From positions 46,544-110,543 of the forward strand of contig CAWFOY010000006.1 of the NCBI GenBank assembly GCA_963817575.1: 64,000 bases of DNA. The letters run 5' to 3'. Below the pieces are notes generated by a model that worked only from the letters and a program-made list of their open reading frames with translations, was not told the origin of the DNA and did no database searches. Made by a program: the position numbers and the translations under genes. Of this stretch, positions 36,875 to 46,032 are shown piece after piece. The DNA comes from an uncultured Gemmatimonadales bacterium. GTDB taxonomy: Bacteria; Gemmatimonadota; Gemmatimonadetes; Gemmatimonadales; GWC2-71-9. Position 1 is the first letter of the stretch; each line of letters opens with the position of its first letter.

Positions 36875-38904
36875 GAGGCGAGCGCCGTCTGCACGACCGG
36901 CGCCTCCACGGTGTGCGCGGGAATCCGGCCGCGGTATACGTCGAGCCAGACCCGCACCGACGACACGACCACCAGCAGGACCACCGCCATGAAGATCGCG
37001 GCGACGGTGGCGTCCAGCCGGTCATTGAAGACGAGCCGGGTACCGGTCACCGGATCCATGGTGCCGGCCGCGACCAGTTCGAGCGTCTGCCGCGCGTGGG
37101 CCAGGAACCCGAGCCGGGGCTCCGGAGAGAAGATCTTGATCCAGCCCGCCGAGAGCGTCACGGCCAGGAGCCAGGCGAGGGGCGCGAGCGTGGTCCACGC
37201 GTAGCGGCCGCGACCCGACTTGATGAGGACCGTGGTGCCGACGCAGAGCGCCACGGCGGCGAGCAGCTGGTTGCTGATGCCGAAGAGCGGCCAGAGGGTG
37301 TTGATGCCGCCGAGCGGATCCACGACGCCCTGCAGCAGGAAGTAGCCCCAGCCGGCCACGACGAGCGCCGACGTGAGGACGATGCTCGGATACCACGAGG
37401 TGCGGCCGAGTGGCTTCCAGACGTGGCCCGCGAGCTCCTGCAGCATGAAGCGGCCGACGCGGGTGCCGGTGTCCACAGTAGTCAGGATGAAGAGCGCCTC
37501 GAACATGATGGCGAAGTGGTACCAGAGCGCCATCAGGCCCGGGCCGAACGCGCCGGCGAAGATCTGCGCCATGCCCACCGCCAGCGATGGCGCCCCGCCG
37601 GTGCGCGCCAGCAGCGACTGCTCGCCGACCGTCGTGGCGAGTCCCTGTATCTGTTCCGGCGTGACGGCGAAGCCCCACCCGCGGATCGTCTCGGCCGCAG
37701 CCTGCAGGTTGCCGCCGAGGACGCCCAGGGGCGCATTGATGGCGAAATAGACGCCGGGATCGAGCACCGCGGCAGCGCACAGCGCCATCACCGCGACGAA
37801 GGACTCCATCAGCATCGCGCCGTAGCCGATGAGAGGGGCATCGGTCTCCCGGCGGAGCATCTTGGGCGTCGTGCCGCTCGCGACCAGCGCGTGGAATCCG
37901 CTGATGGCGCCGCACGCGATGGTGATGAAGGCGAACGGGAAGAGCTTGCCGGCGAAGACCGGCCCGGTGCCGTCGATGAAGCGGGTGAGGGCCGGCATCT
38001 TGAGCGGCGGGAGCACGATCAGGATGCCGATCGCGAGCAGCGCGATCGTCCCGATCTTCATGAACGTGCTGAGGTAGTCGCGCGGGCAGAGCAGCATCCA
38101 GACCGGCAGCACGCTCGCGACGAACCCGTAGGCGATGATCAGCCACGCGATCGCGGTGCCGGAAAGCGTGAACGCGGGGCCGAGCGTTGGATGCTGGGCG
38201 ATGAAGCGGCCGGCCACGAGAGCCGCGAGCAGCAGCACGATGCCGGCGGCGGTGGCCTCGAGCGTCCGGCCCGGCCGCCAGACCTTCATCCACCAGCCCA
38301 TCAGCAGCGCGATCGGAATCGTGCACGCGATGGTGAAGAGGCCCCAGGGGCTGTCGCGCAGCGCGTTCACCACGACCAGCGCCAGCACCGAGAGCAGGAT
38401 GATCATGATGGCGAGGACGCCTATCATCGCGGCGAGCCCGGTGACGGGGCCGATTTCCTCTTTCGCCATCTGGCCGAGAGACTTGCCGTCGCGGCGCATC
38501 GAGGCGAAGAGGATCACGAAATCCTGCACTGCCCCCGCGAGGACGACCCCGAAGACGATCCAGAGCATCCCGGGCAGGTAGCCGAACTGCATCGCCAGGA
38601 CGGGCCCGACCAGCGGGCCGGCGCCGGCGATGGCGGCGAAGTGATGGCCGAAGAGCACGCCGCGCGTCGTCGGCACGAAGTCCCGGCCGTTGCCGAGCCG
38701 CTCGGCGGGTGTCGCGCGGTTGGGGTCGATCCTGAGCACCCGCGACGCGAGGAACCGCCCGTAGAACCGGTAGGCCACGAGATAGGTGCCGACCGCGGCG
38801 AGGACGAGCCACGCGGCGCTGATGGTCTCGCCCCGGTGCAGGGCCAGGACGCCCCACGCGGCGGCGCCGATGAGGGAAATGAGGATCCAGAGGAGGGTTG
38901 GCAT
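36871..38904 (-). CDS. cstA: carbon starvation protein A (pyruvate/peptide transporter family)
   Basis: ATG at 38904: MPTLLWILISLIGAAAWGVLALHRGETISAAWLVLAAVGTYLVAYRFYGRFLASRVL...DFVPT...FGHHFAAIAGAGPLVGP. The 977-aa track ORF has a spurious N-terminal extension antisense to the SDR gene. Confidence 0.9.
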   Translation of the reverse strand: MPTLLWILISLIGAAAWGVLALHRGETISAAWLVLAAVGTYLVAYRFYGRFLASRVLRIDPNRATPAERLGNGRDFVPTTRGVLFGHHFAAIAGAGPLVGPVLAMQFGYLPGMLWIVFGVVLAGAVQDFVILFASMRRDGKSLGQMAKEEIGPVTGLAAMIGVLAIMIILLSVLALVVVNALRDSPWGLFTIACTIPIALLMGWWMKVWRPGRTLEATAAGIVLLLAALVAGRFIAQHPTLGPAFTLSGTAIAWLIIAYGFVASVLPVWMLLCPRDYLSTFMKIGTIALLAIGILIVLPPLKMPALTRFIDGTGPVFAGKLFPFAFITIACGAISGFHALVASGTTPKMLRRETDAPLIGYGAMLMESFVAVMALCAAAVLDPGVYFAINAPLGVLGGNLQAAAETIRGWGFAVTPEQIQGLATTVGEQSLLARTGGAPSLAVGMAQIFAGAFGPGLMALWYHFAIMFEALFILTTVDTGTRVGRFMLQELAGHVWKPLGRTSWYPSIVLTSALVVAGWGYFLLQGVVDPLGGINTLWPLFGISNQLLAAVALCVGTTVLIKSGRGRYAWTTLAPLAWLLAVTLSAGWIKIFSPEPRLGFLAHARQTLELVAAGTMDPVTGTRLVFNDRLDATVAAIFMAVVLLVVVSSVRVWLDVYRGRIPAHTVEAPVVQTALAS

Positions 38905-38918
38905 CGAAGTAAGATGAT

Positions 38919-38946
38919 GGGCAGATGGGCGGATGGGCAGATGGGC
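38919..38946 (+). repeat. octamer array GGGCAGAT GGGCGGAT GGGCAGAT GGGCGG, a canonical G-quadruplex motif (G3N5G3N5G3N5G3)
   Basis: GGG tracts at 38919-21, 38927-29, 38935-37 and 38943-45 with 5-nt loops, in the divergent cstA / SDR intergenic region. Confidence 0.8.
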
Positions 38947-38991
38947 GGCCTGCTTGCCGTCCCCCTTCCCGGCCCATAGGTTCGTCGCTCT

Positions 38992-39852
38992 ATGCCCATT
39001 CCCGAGTACGGACGCCCCGCCTGGGAGAGCTCCGCCCAGCGCCGGGCGTCCGGCGCCGTCCTCGAGCGGCCGGAACCCAAGGCCATCGAAGCCGGATTCC
39101 GCGGCAAGGTGGCAGTGGTGACCGGCGGGGCCACCGGGCTCGGCCGCGCGATCGCGATGGATTTCGGGCGGCGGGGCTGCAATGTGGCGTTCTGTTTCGT
39201 CGAATTGCCCGGGCGCGACGTCACCGAGCAGGCGCTGCTCACCGAGACGTCGCTCCACGCGATGGGCGTCAAGGTCTTCGCCACGCGCTGCGACGTTCGC
39301 GACGCCAGCGCGGTCGACCGATTCTTCCACGAAGTCAGGGGCCGGCTCGGCGGACTGCACTATCTCGTGAACAACGCGGGAATCGCACAGGACGGCGCCC
39401 TCTGGCGGATGAGCGACGCCGCGTGGCGCCAGGTGCTGGAGACCAACGTCACCGGCGCTTTCAATTGCATCCGCAGTGTGGCGCCGACCTTCCGGCACCA
39501 GCAGTACGGCAAGGTGGTAAGCGTCAGTGCCCATCAGGCGGACCGCCCCGGCTTCGGTGTCGCGAATTACGCGGCGAGCAAGGCGGCACTCGTCGGCCTC
39601 ACAAAGGCGGCCGCAGTGGAGCTCGGGCCTTCCAACGTCAATGTGAATGCGGTGGCCCCCGGCTTCATTCGTACCGAGCGGATGGCGATGCTCCCGCCCG
39701 ACGTGATCGACCGCGCGCAGAAACACTCCGTGCTCGGCCGGGTCGCGGAGCCGGAGGACGTTGCGAAGGTCATCTCTTTCCTCTGCTCCGAAGACGCCCG
39801 TCACATCACTGGCCAGGTTGTCGTGGTGGACGGCGGGCTCTCCCTCGAATAA
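38992..39852 (+). CDS. short-chain dehydrogenase/reductase (FabG-like)
   Basis: VAVVTGGATGLGRAIA, NNAGI and YAASKAAL (the Tyr-x3-Lys catalytic pair). Confidence 0.85.
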   Translation: MPIPEYGRPAWESSAQRRASGAVLERPEPKAIEAGFRGKVAVVTGGATGLGRAIAMDFGRRGCNVAFCFVELPGRDVTEQALLTETSLHAMGVKVFATRCDVRDASAVDRFFHEVRGRLGGLHYLVNNAGIAQDGALWRMSDAAWRQVLETNVTGAFNCIRSVAPTFRHQQYGKVVSVSAHQADRPGFGVANYAASKAALVGLTKAAAVELGPSNVNVNAVAPGFIRTERMAMLPPDVIDRAQKHSVLGRVAEPEDVAKVISFLCSEDARHITGQVVVVDGGLSLE

Positions 39853-39981
39853 CGGCTGCAGATCACGTCCCTCCGACCTCCCTCCGACCGGGGAGGTGCG
39901 TTAGCTTTCCCCCGGCCAATTCCGGGGCGCGTCCGCCTGGTCGCGACCCTGCGCTATCTCCATTCGTGCCAGGGAGTTCCC

Positions 39982-40641
39982 GTGATTCCACCACTCCGGC
40001 TCGGCCTGCTGGTGGTCCTCGCAGCCTGCGCCGGGAGCAACACGAATCCGGCGGCCGGCCCCGAGCCGGTCGAGGCCCAGCAGGACACGACGCGCCCGCC
40101 TCCCCCCGCGCCGCTCAATACTCAGGGCGTCGCCGGACAGGTGGTGACGGTCCTCCCTGCCACGTTGCTGATCGCCGAGGGGCCGCTGGCCCAGGACAGC
40201 CTGTTCAGGGATCGGACGGCTGTGCTCAGATGGGCGGATTCGGTGATGGGCGATGAGTTCCTCATGCGGGCGCCCGAGGTGAGCTGGAAGCTGCCGCCCG
40301 AGGTGCGGAAGGCGGCGCGGCGCGCGGCCGGGTTCGCGCCCGATCCCGATCACATGGGGCAATCCGTCCTCCGGGACCCGAAGATCCGCGACGTTCCCGA
40401 CCCGCTGCGGTCGTCGCTCCGCACCCTCATCGCGATTACCGGGGGCCGCGTGACTCTCGTGCCGGCCTCGCTCGTCTTCGCGCGGCAGGACAGCACGGTG
40501 ACCGTAGACGTGATCTTCTCCGCGGTGGACGTCCGGCGCGGCGCCGTCGTCTGGCGGTCGCAGGGTCAGATGGGCGGGGCCACTCCTGAGGCGGCGCTCC
40601 GGGCCGCGATGACTGCGATCCTGCCGGCGACGCAGCCGTGA
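39982..40641 (+). CDS. lipoprotein of unknown function
   Basis: GTG start. Signal peptide LLVVLAAC-A (lipobox). GTGA overlap with icd. Confidence 0.6.
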   Translation: MIPPLRLGLLVVLAACAGSNTNPAAGPEPVEAQQDTTRPPPPAPLNTQGVAGQVVTVLPATLLIAEGPLAQDSLFRDRTAVLRWADSVMGDEFLMRAPEVSWKLPPEVRKAARRAAGFAPDPDHMGQSVLRDPKIRDVPDPLRSSLRTLIAITGGRVTLVPASLVFARQDSTVTVDVIFSAVDVRRGAVVWRSQGQMGGATPEAALRAAMTAILPATQP

Positions 40642-41660
40642 CGAAGCGACACGCAGTCACGCTCATTCCCGGCGACGGCATCGGGCCCGAGGTCACGGCG
40701 CAGGCGGTGAAGGTGATCGAGGCGACCGGGATCGCTTTGGAGTGGGACGAACAGGCGGCGGGCATGATGGCAGTCGAAAAGTTCGACACGCCCATCCCCG
40801 ACGAGACGCTGGAGAGCATTCGCGTGCGCCGCGTCGCCCTCAAGGGGCCGCTGACGACACCCGTGGGCGGCGGGTACCGGTCGGTGAACGTGGCGCTGCG
40901 CAAGGAATTCGAGCTGTACGCCAACGTGCGTCCGACCAAGTCGATCCTGCCGGGCGGGAAGTTCCCCGACGTGGACCTGGTGCTGGTGCGCGAGAACGTC
41001 GAGGGGCTGTACGTGGGGGTCGAGCATTTCGTCCAGGTCGGCGGGGATCCGCGCGCGGTCGCGGAGTCGATGGCGATCGTGACCAGGGTGGGGTGCGAGC
41101 GGATCGTGCGCTACGCGTTCGAATACGCGGTCCGGCACGGCCGCCGGAAGGTCACCATCGTCCACAAGGCGAACATCCTCAAGATGGTGAGCGGGCTCTT
41201 CCTCGAGGTGGGGCGCGCCGTCGCGAAGGAGTACGAGGGGCGGGTCGAGTGCAACGACCTGATCATCGACAACACCGCGATGCAGATGGTGCTCCGGCCG
41301 GAGCAGTTCGATGTGATGGTCACGACGAACATGTTCGGCGACATCCTGAGCGATCTCGCCTCGGGCCTGGTGGGCGGACTCGGGCTGGCCCCCGGCGCGA
41401 ACGTCGGTACCCACGCCGCGATCTTCGAGGCGGTGCACGGGAGCGCGCCGGACATCGCCGGGAAGGGTCTCGCCAATCCCGCCGCGCTGATCCTGGCCGG
41501 CGCGATGATGCTCGACCACCTGGGCGAGGTGCGCCACGGCGACCGGATCCGCGGAGCCATCGAGCGGACCATCGTGCAGGACAACATCCGTACCCGCGAC
41601 CTCGGCGGCACGGCAACCACCTCGGAATTCGGCGATGCCGTTGCCCGACGGGTTTCCTGA
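40638..41660 (+). CDS. icd: isocitrate dehydrogenase (short, about 340 aa, beta-decarboxylating dehydrogenase family)
   Basis: LIPGDGIGPEV and TTPVGGGYRSVNVALRKEFELYANVRP (close to the E. coli ICDH substrate/phospho-Ser motif GGGIRSLNVALRQE). Also NMFGDILSD and HGSAPDIAGKGLANP. Confidence 0.8.
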   Translation: MTKRHAVTLIPGDGIGPEVTAQAVKVIEATGIALEWDEQAAGMMAVEKFDTPIPDETLESIRVRRVALKGPLTTPVGGGYRSVNVALRKEFELYANVRPTKSILPGGKFPDVDLVLVRENVEGLYVGVEHFVQVGGDPRAVAESMAIVTRVGCERIVRYAFEYAVRHGRRKVTIVHKANILKMVSGLFLEVGRAVAKEYEGRVECNDLIIDNTAMQMVLRPEQFDVMVTTNMFGDILSDLASGLVGGLGLAPGANVGTHAAIFEAVHGSAPDIAGKGLANPAALILAGAMMLDHLGEVRHGDRIRGAIERTIVQDNIRTRDLGGTATTSEFGDAVARRVS

Positions 41661-41931
41661 GATCCCGTGTGCCAGGTGTGGCACGCGGGTGCACGGCATC
41701 CGGTGGGGCGATCTCTGCCCCGATTGTCTCGGAGAACGGCAGGCGCGCGCCAACCGGCTGGCGGGGCGCACCGGGCTGGTTGCCACCGTCCTGATGGCGC
41801 TGTACGTGTGGCTGGCCGTGCCGACCAATCCGCCGATCGGGCGGATCTACGGCGTCATTGCCATTCTCGCGACCTACATCCTCGTGCGGCGGATCGTAAG
41901 CCGCCTGGCCATGGAGTTTCTCCCCCGATGA
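41635..41931 (+). CDS. small zinc-ribbon (CxxC...CxxC) membrane protein, unknown function
   Basis: CARCGTRVHGIRWGDLCPDC followed by two hydrophobic helices. It overlaps the icd 3' end by 26 nt and the next gene by ATGA. Confidence 0.45.
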   Translation: MPLPDGFPEIPCARCGTRVHGIRWGDLCPDCLGERQARANRLAGRTGLVATVLMALYVWLAVPTNPPIGRIYGVIAILATYILVRRIVSRLAMEFLPR

Positions 41932-43274
41932 CGACCCTCCCCCGTGTCACCACGCTCGCCGCGGCAGCCCTGCTTCTCGCCGGCCCCGCCCTGGCCCAGA
42001 CCAGCCTGACGATCTACCAGGACGGCCGCGTCCTGGTCCGCCGCACCGTGGAAGCGAAGGTGCCGAAGGGCACCTCCGAGCAGCGGCTTTCCCTGGGCAT
42101 GCTCGACCCCGCCACGGTGTTCTCGCTCGATCCCGCTGTCAACGTCGTCCGCTCGTCGTTCGAAGGCGGAGTGGATCAAGGCAGCGCGCTCCGGCGCTCC
42201 GTCGGCCGGAAGCTCCTGTTCCGCACGAGCCCCAAGGACACGGTGAGCGCCACGGTCCTGGGCGTGGATCCGGAGCGCTACCAGTTCGCCGACGGGTCGG
42301 TCAGCTTCTCGGCGCCCGGCACGCCGCTCTTCCCGAAGGACGTGGTGATCGTCGAGCCGGAGCTCCGGCTCTCACTCCGAGCGGCTGAGGAGAAGAAATC
42401 GCTGGGGCTCGGGTACTTCACCGGGGGCGCCAACTGGGAGGCCAGCTACCAGGTCATTCTCGGCGGCAAGACGGCGCAGGCGAGCGGCGCCGCGGTGGTT
42501 CAAGCTGGGCCGTTGAAGTTGTCGGACGTCGAGGTGCAGCTGCTGGCGGGCGATGTGGGGCGGGCGGACAAAGGCCAGCCGAGACCGATGCAGGCCGACG
42601 TGGGCCTCGTGGCGCGCGAGCAGGCCATGGCCTTCGAACAGCGTGTCGGCGAGGCCCACGTGTACACGCTGCCCGGCAGGATGACGCTCCGGCCGGGTGA
42701 GACGTCGACCGTCGCGCTCTTCGAGCCGCTCGCCGTCGGATACGAGAAGCGGTACGTCGTGCCTGGCGGATTGCCGATCTGGGGCGGGCTGCCACAATAC
42801 GGCGAGGAAAACCAGGTGCCTGTCGAGGTGAGCTACCAGCTGGCGCGCGCGAGGAAGACGGAATTCGGCGACCGGCCCCTCCCCGGCGGCGTCGTGCGGC
42901 TCTACCAGGCAGACGATACGAATCGCCTGCAGCTCGTCGGGGAGGCCGCGCTCGATCACACCGCCCCGGGCGCGGAGGTGCGGCTCTCCGCCGGCCACGC
43001 GTTCGACCTCACGGCCAAGCGGGTGCAGAACACGTACACCACGGCGCGGGAAAAGAACCGCACGGTGGCGACGGCCGACTACACGGTCACGCTTTCCAAC
43101 GCCACGGACGCCGCCGTCACGATCGACGTGCTGGAGGAACGAGGCGGCGAGTGGTCGGTGCTGCAGAGCTCCCTGCCCGCCGAGAAGCTCTCGAGCACCC
43201 GCACGCGCTTCCGGGTGCCGGTGCCGGCCAAGGGGGATGCCACGCTCACCTACAGGGTCCGGGTGGTCTGGTGA
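41928..43274 (+). CDS. DUF4139-domain (MuiA-like) secreted protein
   Basis: Signal peptide LLLAGPALAQT, then LTIYQDGRVLVRRTVEAKVPKG... and YTVTLSNATDAAVTIDVLE, typical of DUF4139. ATG 41928 lies inside the longer track ORF. Confidence 0.6.
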   Translation: MTTLPRVTTLAAAALLLAGPALAQTSLTIYQDGRVLVRRTVEAKVPKGTSEQRLSLGMLDPATVFSLDPAVNVVRSSFEGGVDQGSALRRSVGRKLLFRTSPKDTVSATVLGVDPERYQFADGSVSFSAPGTPLFPKDVVIVEPELRLSLRAAEEKKSLGLGYFTGGANWEASYQVILGGKTAQASGAAVVQAGPLKLSDVEVQLLAGDVGRADKGQPRPMQADVGLVAREQAMAFEQRVGEAHVYTLPGRMTLRPGETSTVALFEPLAVGYEKRYVVPGGLPIWGGLPQYGEENQVPVEVSYQLARARKTEFGDRPLPGGVVRLYQADDTNRLQLVGEAALDHTAPGAEVRLSAGHAFDLTAKRVQNTYTTAREKNRTVATADYTVTLSNATDAAVTIDVLEERGGEWSVLQSSLPAEKLSSTRTRFRVPVPAKGDATLTYRVRVVW

Positions 43275-44131
43275 ACGGGCACACGATTGTCCACCTGTCC
43301 GACCTGCACTTCGGCCAGCACGTCGACCTCGCCCAGATCTCGGCGGTCGAGCGGCTGGTGCCGGACCTCGCGCCGGACGCGATCGCGATCTCCGGCGACA
43401 TGACGCAGCGCGCGCGGCACGGCGAGTTCCAGCGGACGCTCGCCCTCGTCGAGCGCCTCCAGGCCACCGCGCCGACGCTGGTGGTGCCGGGAAATCACGA
43501 CGTGCAGTGGTGGCGGAGCCCGTTCGGCCTGTTCGGCAGCCGGCCGAAGTACGCGAAATACCGCCACTACTTCGGCGAGGACCTGACTCCCGTCCTCCGG
43601 ATTCCCGGGCTGGTGCTCGCGGCTGCTATCACCGCGCACGGCCTCTCGGCCGGCTCGCTCACGTGGAATCAGCGGGACCTCACGGTGAAGGGGCACCTGC
43701 CCGGGTCGGAAATCCGCCGGCTCACCCAGCTCCTGGCGGCCGAGGACCCCGGGGCGGCGAAGGTGGTCCTGCTGCACCACAACGTCCTGCGCGGCGAGAT
43801 CTCCCGCCGGATGGGGCTGTCGAGGTGGGCGCAGGCGCAGCGGCGTCTCCTCACCGTAGGCGCCGATGCCGTGCTGTGCGGGCACGACCACCAGGAGGGC
43901 GCGGGCCAGGTCGCCGATCGCCTCGCGATCTCCACCGCCGGCACGCTGACGAGCCGCACTCGCGGCAAGCGGCCAGCGGTGTTCAACGTGGTGCGGATCG
44001 ACGCCAGCGCGGTGCGGGTCGAGTACTGGCGGTGGGTGGCAGACCGGCGGGAGTTCCGGCCCTCCGACAACTTCGCCTTCGCGCGGTCGTCGGGGCGCCC
44101 GGCGACGGTGGGAGCGGCCCGTGATGCCTGA
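43271..44131 (+). CDS. calcineurin-like metallophosphoesterase
   Basis: GTG start (GTGA overlap). It has IVHLSDLHFG, ISGDMT, VPGNHD, LLHH and CGHDH, the complete metallophosphoesterase motif set. Confidence 0.85.
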   Translation: MNGHTIVHLSDLHFGQHVDLAQISAVERLVPDLAPDAIAISGDMTQRARHGEFQRTLALVERLQATAPTLVVPGNHDVQWWRSPFGLFGSRPKYAKYRHYFGEDLTPVLRIPGLVLAAAITAHGLSAGSLTWNQRDLTVKGHLPGSEIRRLTQLLAAEDPGAAKVVLLHHNVLRGEISRRMGLSRWAQAQRRLLTVGADAVLCGHDHQEGAGQVADRLAISTAGTLTSRTRGKRPAVFNVVRIDASAVRVEYWRWVADRREFRPSDNFAFARSSGRPATVGAARDA

Positions 44132-44822
44132 CGTGGCGGACCGGATCCTCGCGGAACGGCTCGTGGGCCTCGGCATGCCGCCGTACCGCGGTGTGGTGAC
44201 CCACACCAATCGGATGGTCATGCTGAGCGTGACCCCCGGCGGCATCCTCCGGATCCATCGGGGCTACGCGCATGCGCCGGACCGGGTGCTCAAGGCCATC
44301 GTCCGGTTCCTCAAGCGAGGCACCCGGCGCGCAGCGCGGCGCGAGGCGGAACGGGAGTTCCTGGCGTTTCCGGTCGAGCAGTACGCCCCGCCGACCAGGC
44401 CGGCCGGGAGGATGGAGCGGCCGCGCCCGGGCGATGCGCTGCTTCTGCTTCGGCTGGAGGAAACTCACCGGCGGCTCAACGCGCAGCACTTCGGTGGGCG
44501 GCTCGACGGCATCCGGTTCCGGCTCTCGGGGCGCATGCGGACCCGGCTGGGTGAGCTCGCGATGGATGTGGCTACCCTGGAACCGACGGAGATTGCGCTC
44601 AACCGGAAGCATTTCGCGCACGGGTGGGATGAGGTCGAACGCACGATCCTCCATGAGATGGTGCATCAATGGCAGGCCGAGCAGGGCCTGCCCGTCAATC
44701 ACGGGGCCGTCTTCCGGTCCAAGGCGCGGGAGGTCGGCGCCGAGCCGGCCGCACGCCGCCGGCTTCCGCCGGCTGGCCGCCCTACGAGGGTACGACATTC
44801 AACGCCGTTCGTCCGAGGCTGA
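44121..44822 (+). CDS. SprT-like zinc metalloprotease domain protein
   Basis: LNAQHFGGRL... and ILHEMVHQWQ (HExxH). It overlaps the upstream gene by 8-11 nt. Confidence 0.7.
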   Translation: MMPDVADRILAERLVGLGMPPYRGVVTHTNRMVMLSVTPGGILRIHRGYAHAPDRVLKAIVRFLKRGTRRAARREAEREFLAFPVEQYAPPTRPAGRMERPRPGDALLLLRLEETHRRLNAQHFGGRLDGIRFRLSGRMRTRLGELAMDVATLEPTEIALNRKHFAHGWDEVERTILHEMVHQWQAEQGLPVNHGAVFRSKAREVGAEPAARRRLPPAGRPTRVRHSTPFVRG

Positions 44823-44826
44823 ACTC

Positions 44827-46011
44827 ATGGCAAGCACGTTTCGCGGAGTGGATTTCTACAATCTGGACGGCCTGCTCTCGGAGGAGGAGCGCGCGGTGCG
44901 CGACACCGTGCGGGCCTGGGTGGACGAGCACCTGATGCCGGTGATCGGGGAGGCGTACATCAAGGGCGAGTTCCCCAAGCAGCTCATTCCGGGGATGGCC
45001 GAACTGGGGCTCTATGGCGCCAACCTCCCGGAGGAATACGGCTGCGCCGGGCTCAACAACGTGGCCTACGGGCTCATCATGCAGGAGCTCGAGCGGGGCG
45101 ACAGCGGCATCCGCTCCTTCGCCTCGGTCCAGGGCGGCCTCGTGATGTATCCGATCTACGCCTTCGGCTCCGAGGAGCAGAAGCGGCGCTGGCTGCCGAG
45201 CCTTGCCGCGGGGAAGGACATCGGGTGCTTCGGCCTGACCGAGCCCGATTACGGCTCCAACCCGGCGGGGATGATCACCACCGCGAAGGAAACGAAAGAC
45301 GGCTGGCTGCTCAACGGCGCCAAGATGTGGATCACCAACGGTTCGCAGGCCACGGTGTCGATCATCTGGGCCAAGACGGGAAGCGTGGACGACGTGAAGT
45401 CCATTCGCGGCTTCATCGTGCCGACGAACACCAAGGGCTACACGGCGAAGGATCAGAAGGGGAAGCTCTCACTCCGCGCCAGCGACACGAGCGAAATCGT
45501 GCTGCAGGACTGCATTGTGCCCAAGGACGCGATCCTGCCCAAGTCGGGCGGCATCAAGAGCCCGCTGATGTGCCTGACCCAGGCCCGGTACGGCATCGCG
45601 TGGGGCGCGCTCGGCGCCGCGATGGCGTGCTACGACGAGGCGCTCGACTATTCAAAGAACCGCGTGATGTTCGGGAAGCCAATCGGCCAGACGCAACTGC
45701 AGCAGGTGCGCCTCGCCGAGATGCTGACCGAGATCACGAAGGCGCAGTTCCTCGTGCTCCAGCTCGGCCGCCTGAAGGACGCCGGCACGATGACTCCGGA
45801 GCAGGTGTCGCTCGCGAAGCGGAACAACGTGAACATGGCCTGCGAGTGCGCGCGCGAGGCCCGGCGGCTCCTGGGCGCGAACGGGATCCTCGCCGAGTAC
45901 CACTCGATGCGCCACATGGCGAACCTCGAGTCGGTGTACACCTACGAGGGCACACACGACATGCACGGCCTCATCCTGGGCCAGGCCGTGACGGGACTGA
46001 GCGCGTTCTAA
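44827..46011 (+). CDS. gcdH: glutaryl-CoA dehydrogenase (acyl-CoA dehydrogenase family)
   Basis: ATG 44827. It reads FRGVDFYNLDGLLSEEERAVRDTVRAW...GCFGLTEPDYGSNPAGM...YTYEGTHDMHGLILGQAVTG. Confidence 0.8.
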   Translation: MASTFRGVDFYNLDGLLSEEERAVRDTVRAWVDEHLMPVIGEAYIKGEFPKQLIPGMAELGLYGANLPEEYGCAGLNNVAYGLIMQELERGDSGIRSFASVQGGLVMYPIYAFGSEEQKRRWLPSLAAGKDIGCFGLTEPDYGSNPAGMITTAKETKDGWLLNGAKMWITNGSQATVSIIWAKTGSVDDVKSIRGFIVPTNTKGYTAKDQKGKLSLRASDTSEIVLQDCIVPKDAILPKSGGIKSPLMCLTQARYGIAWGALGAAMACYDEALDYSKNRVMFGKPIGQTQLQQVRLAEMLTEITKAQFLVLQLGRLKDAGTMTPEQVSLAKRNNVNMACECAREARRLLGANGILAEYHSMRHMANLESVYTYEGTHDMHGLILGQAVTGLSAF

Positions 46012-46032
46012 CTCAAGAAGCACGAGGATGAC

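Noticed and set aside
41675-41695. A sigma-54 promoter-like tggcacgcgggtgca, together with a search of both strands for TGGCAC-N5-TTGC near the EBP gene.
   Set aside because: The GG-to-GC spacing is one nucleotide short and the site is inside coding sequence. No convincing -24/-12 element was seen anywhere in the window by eye.
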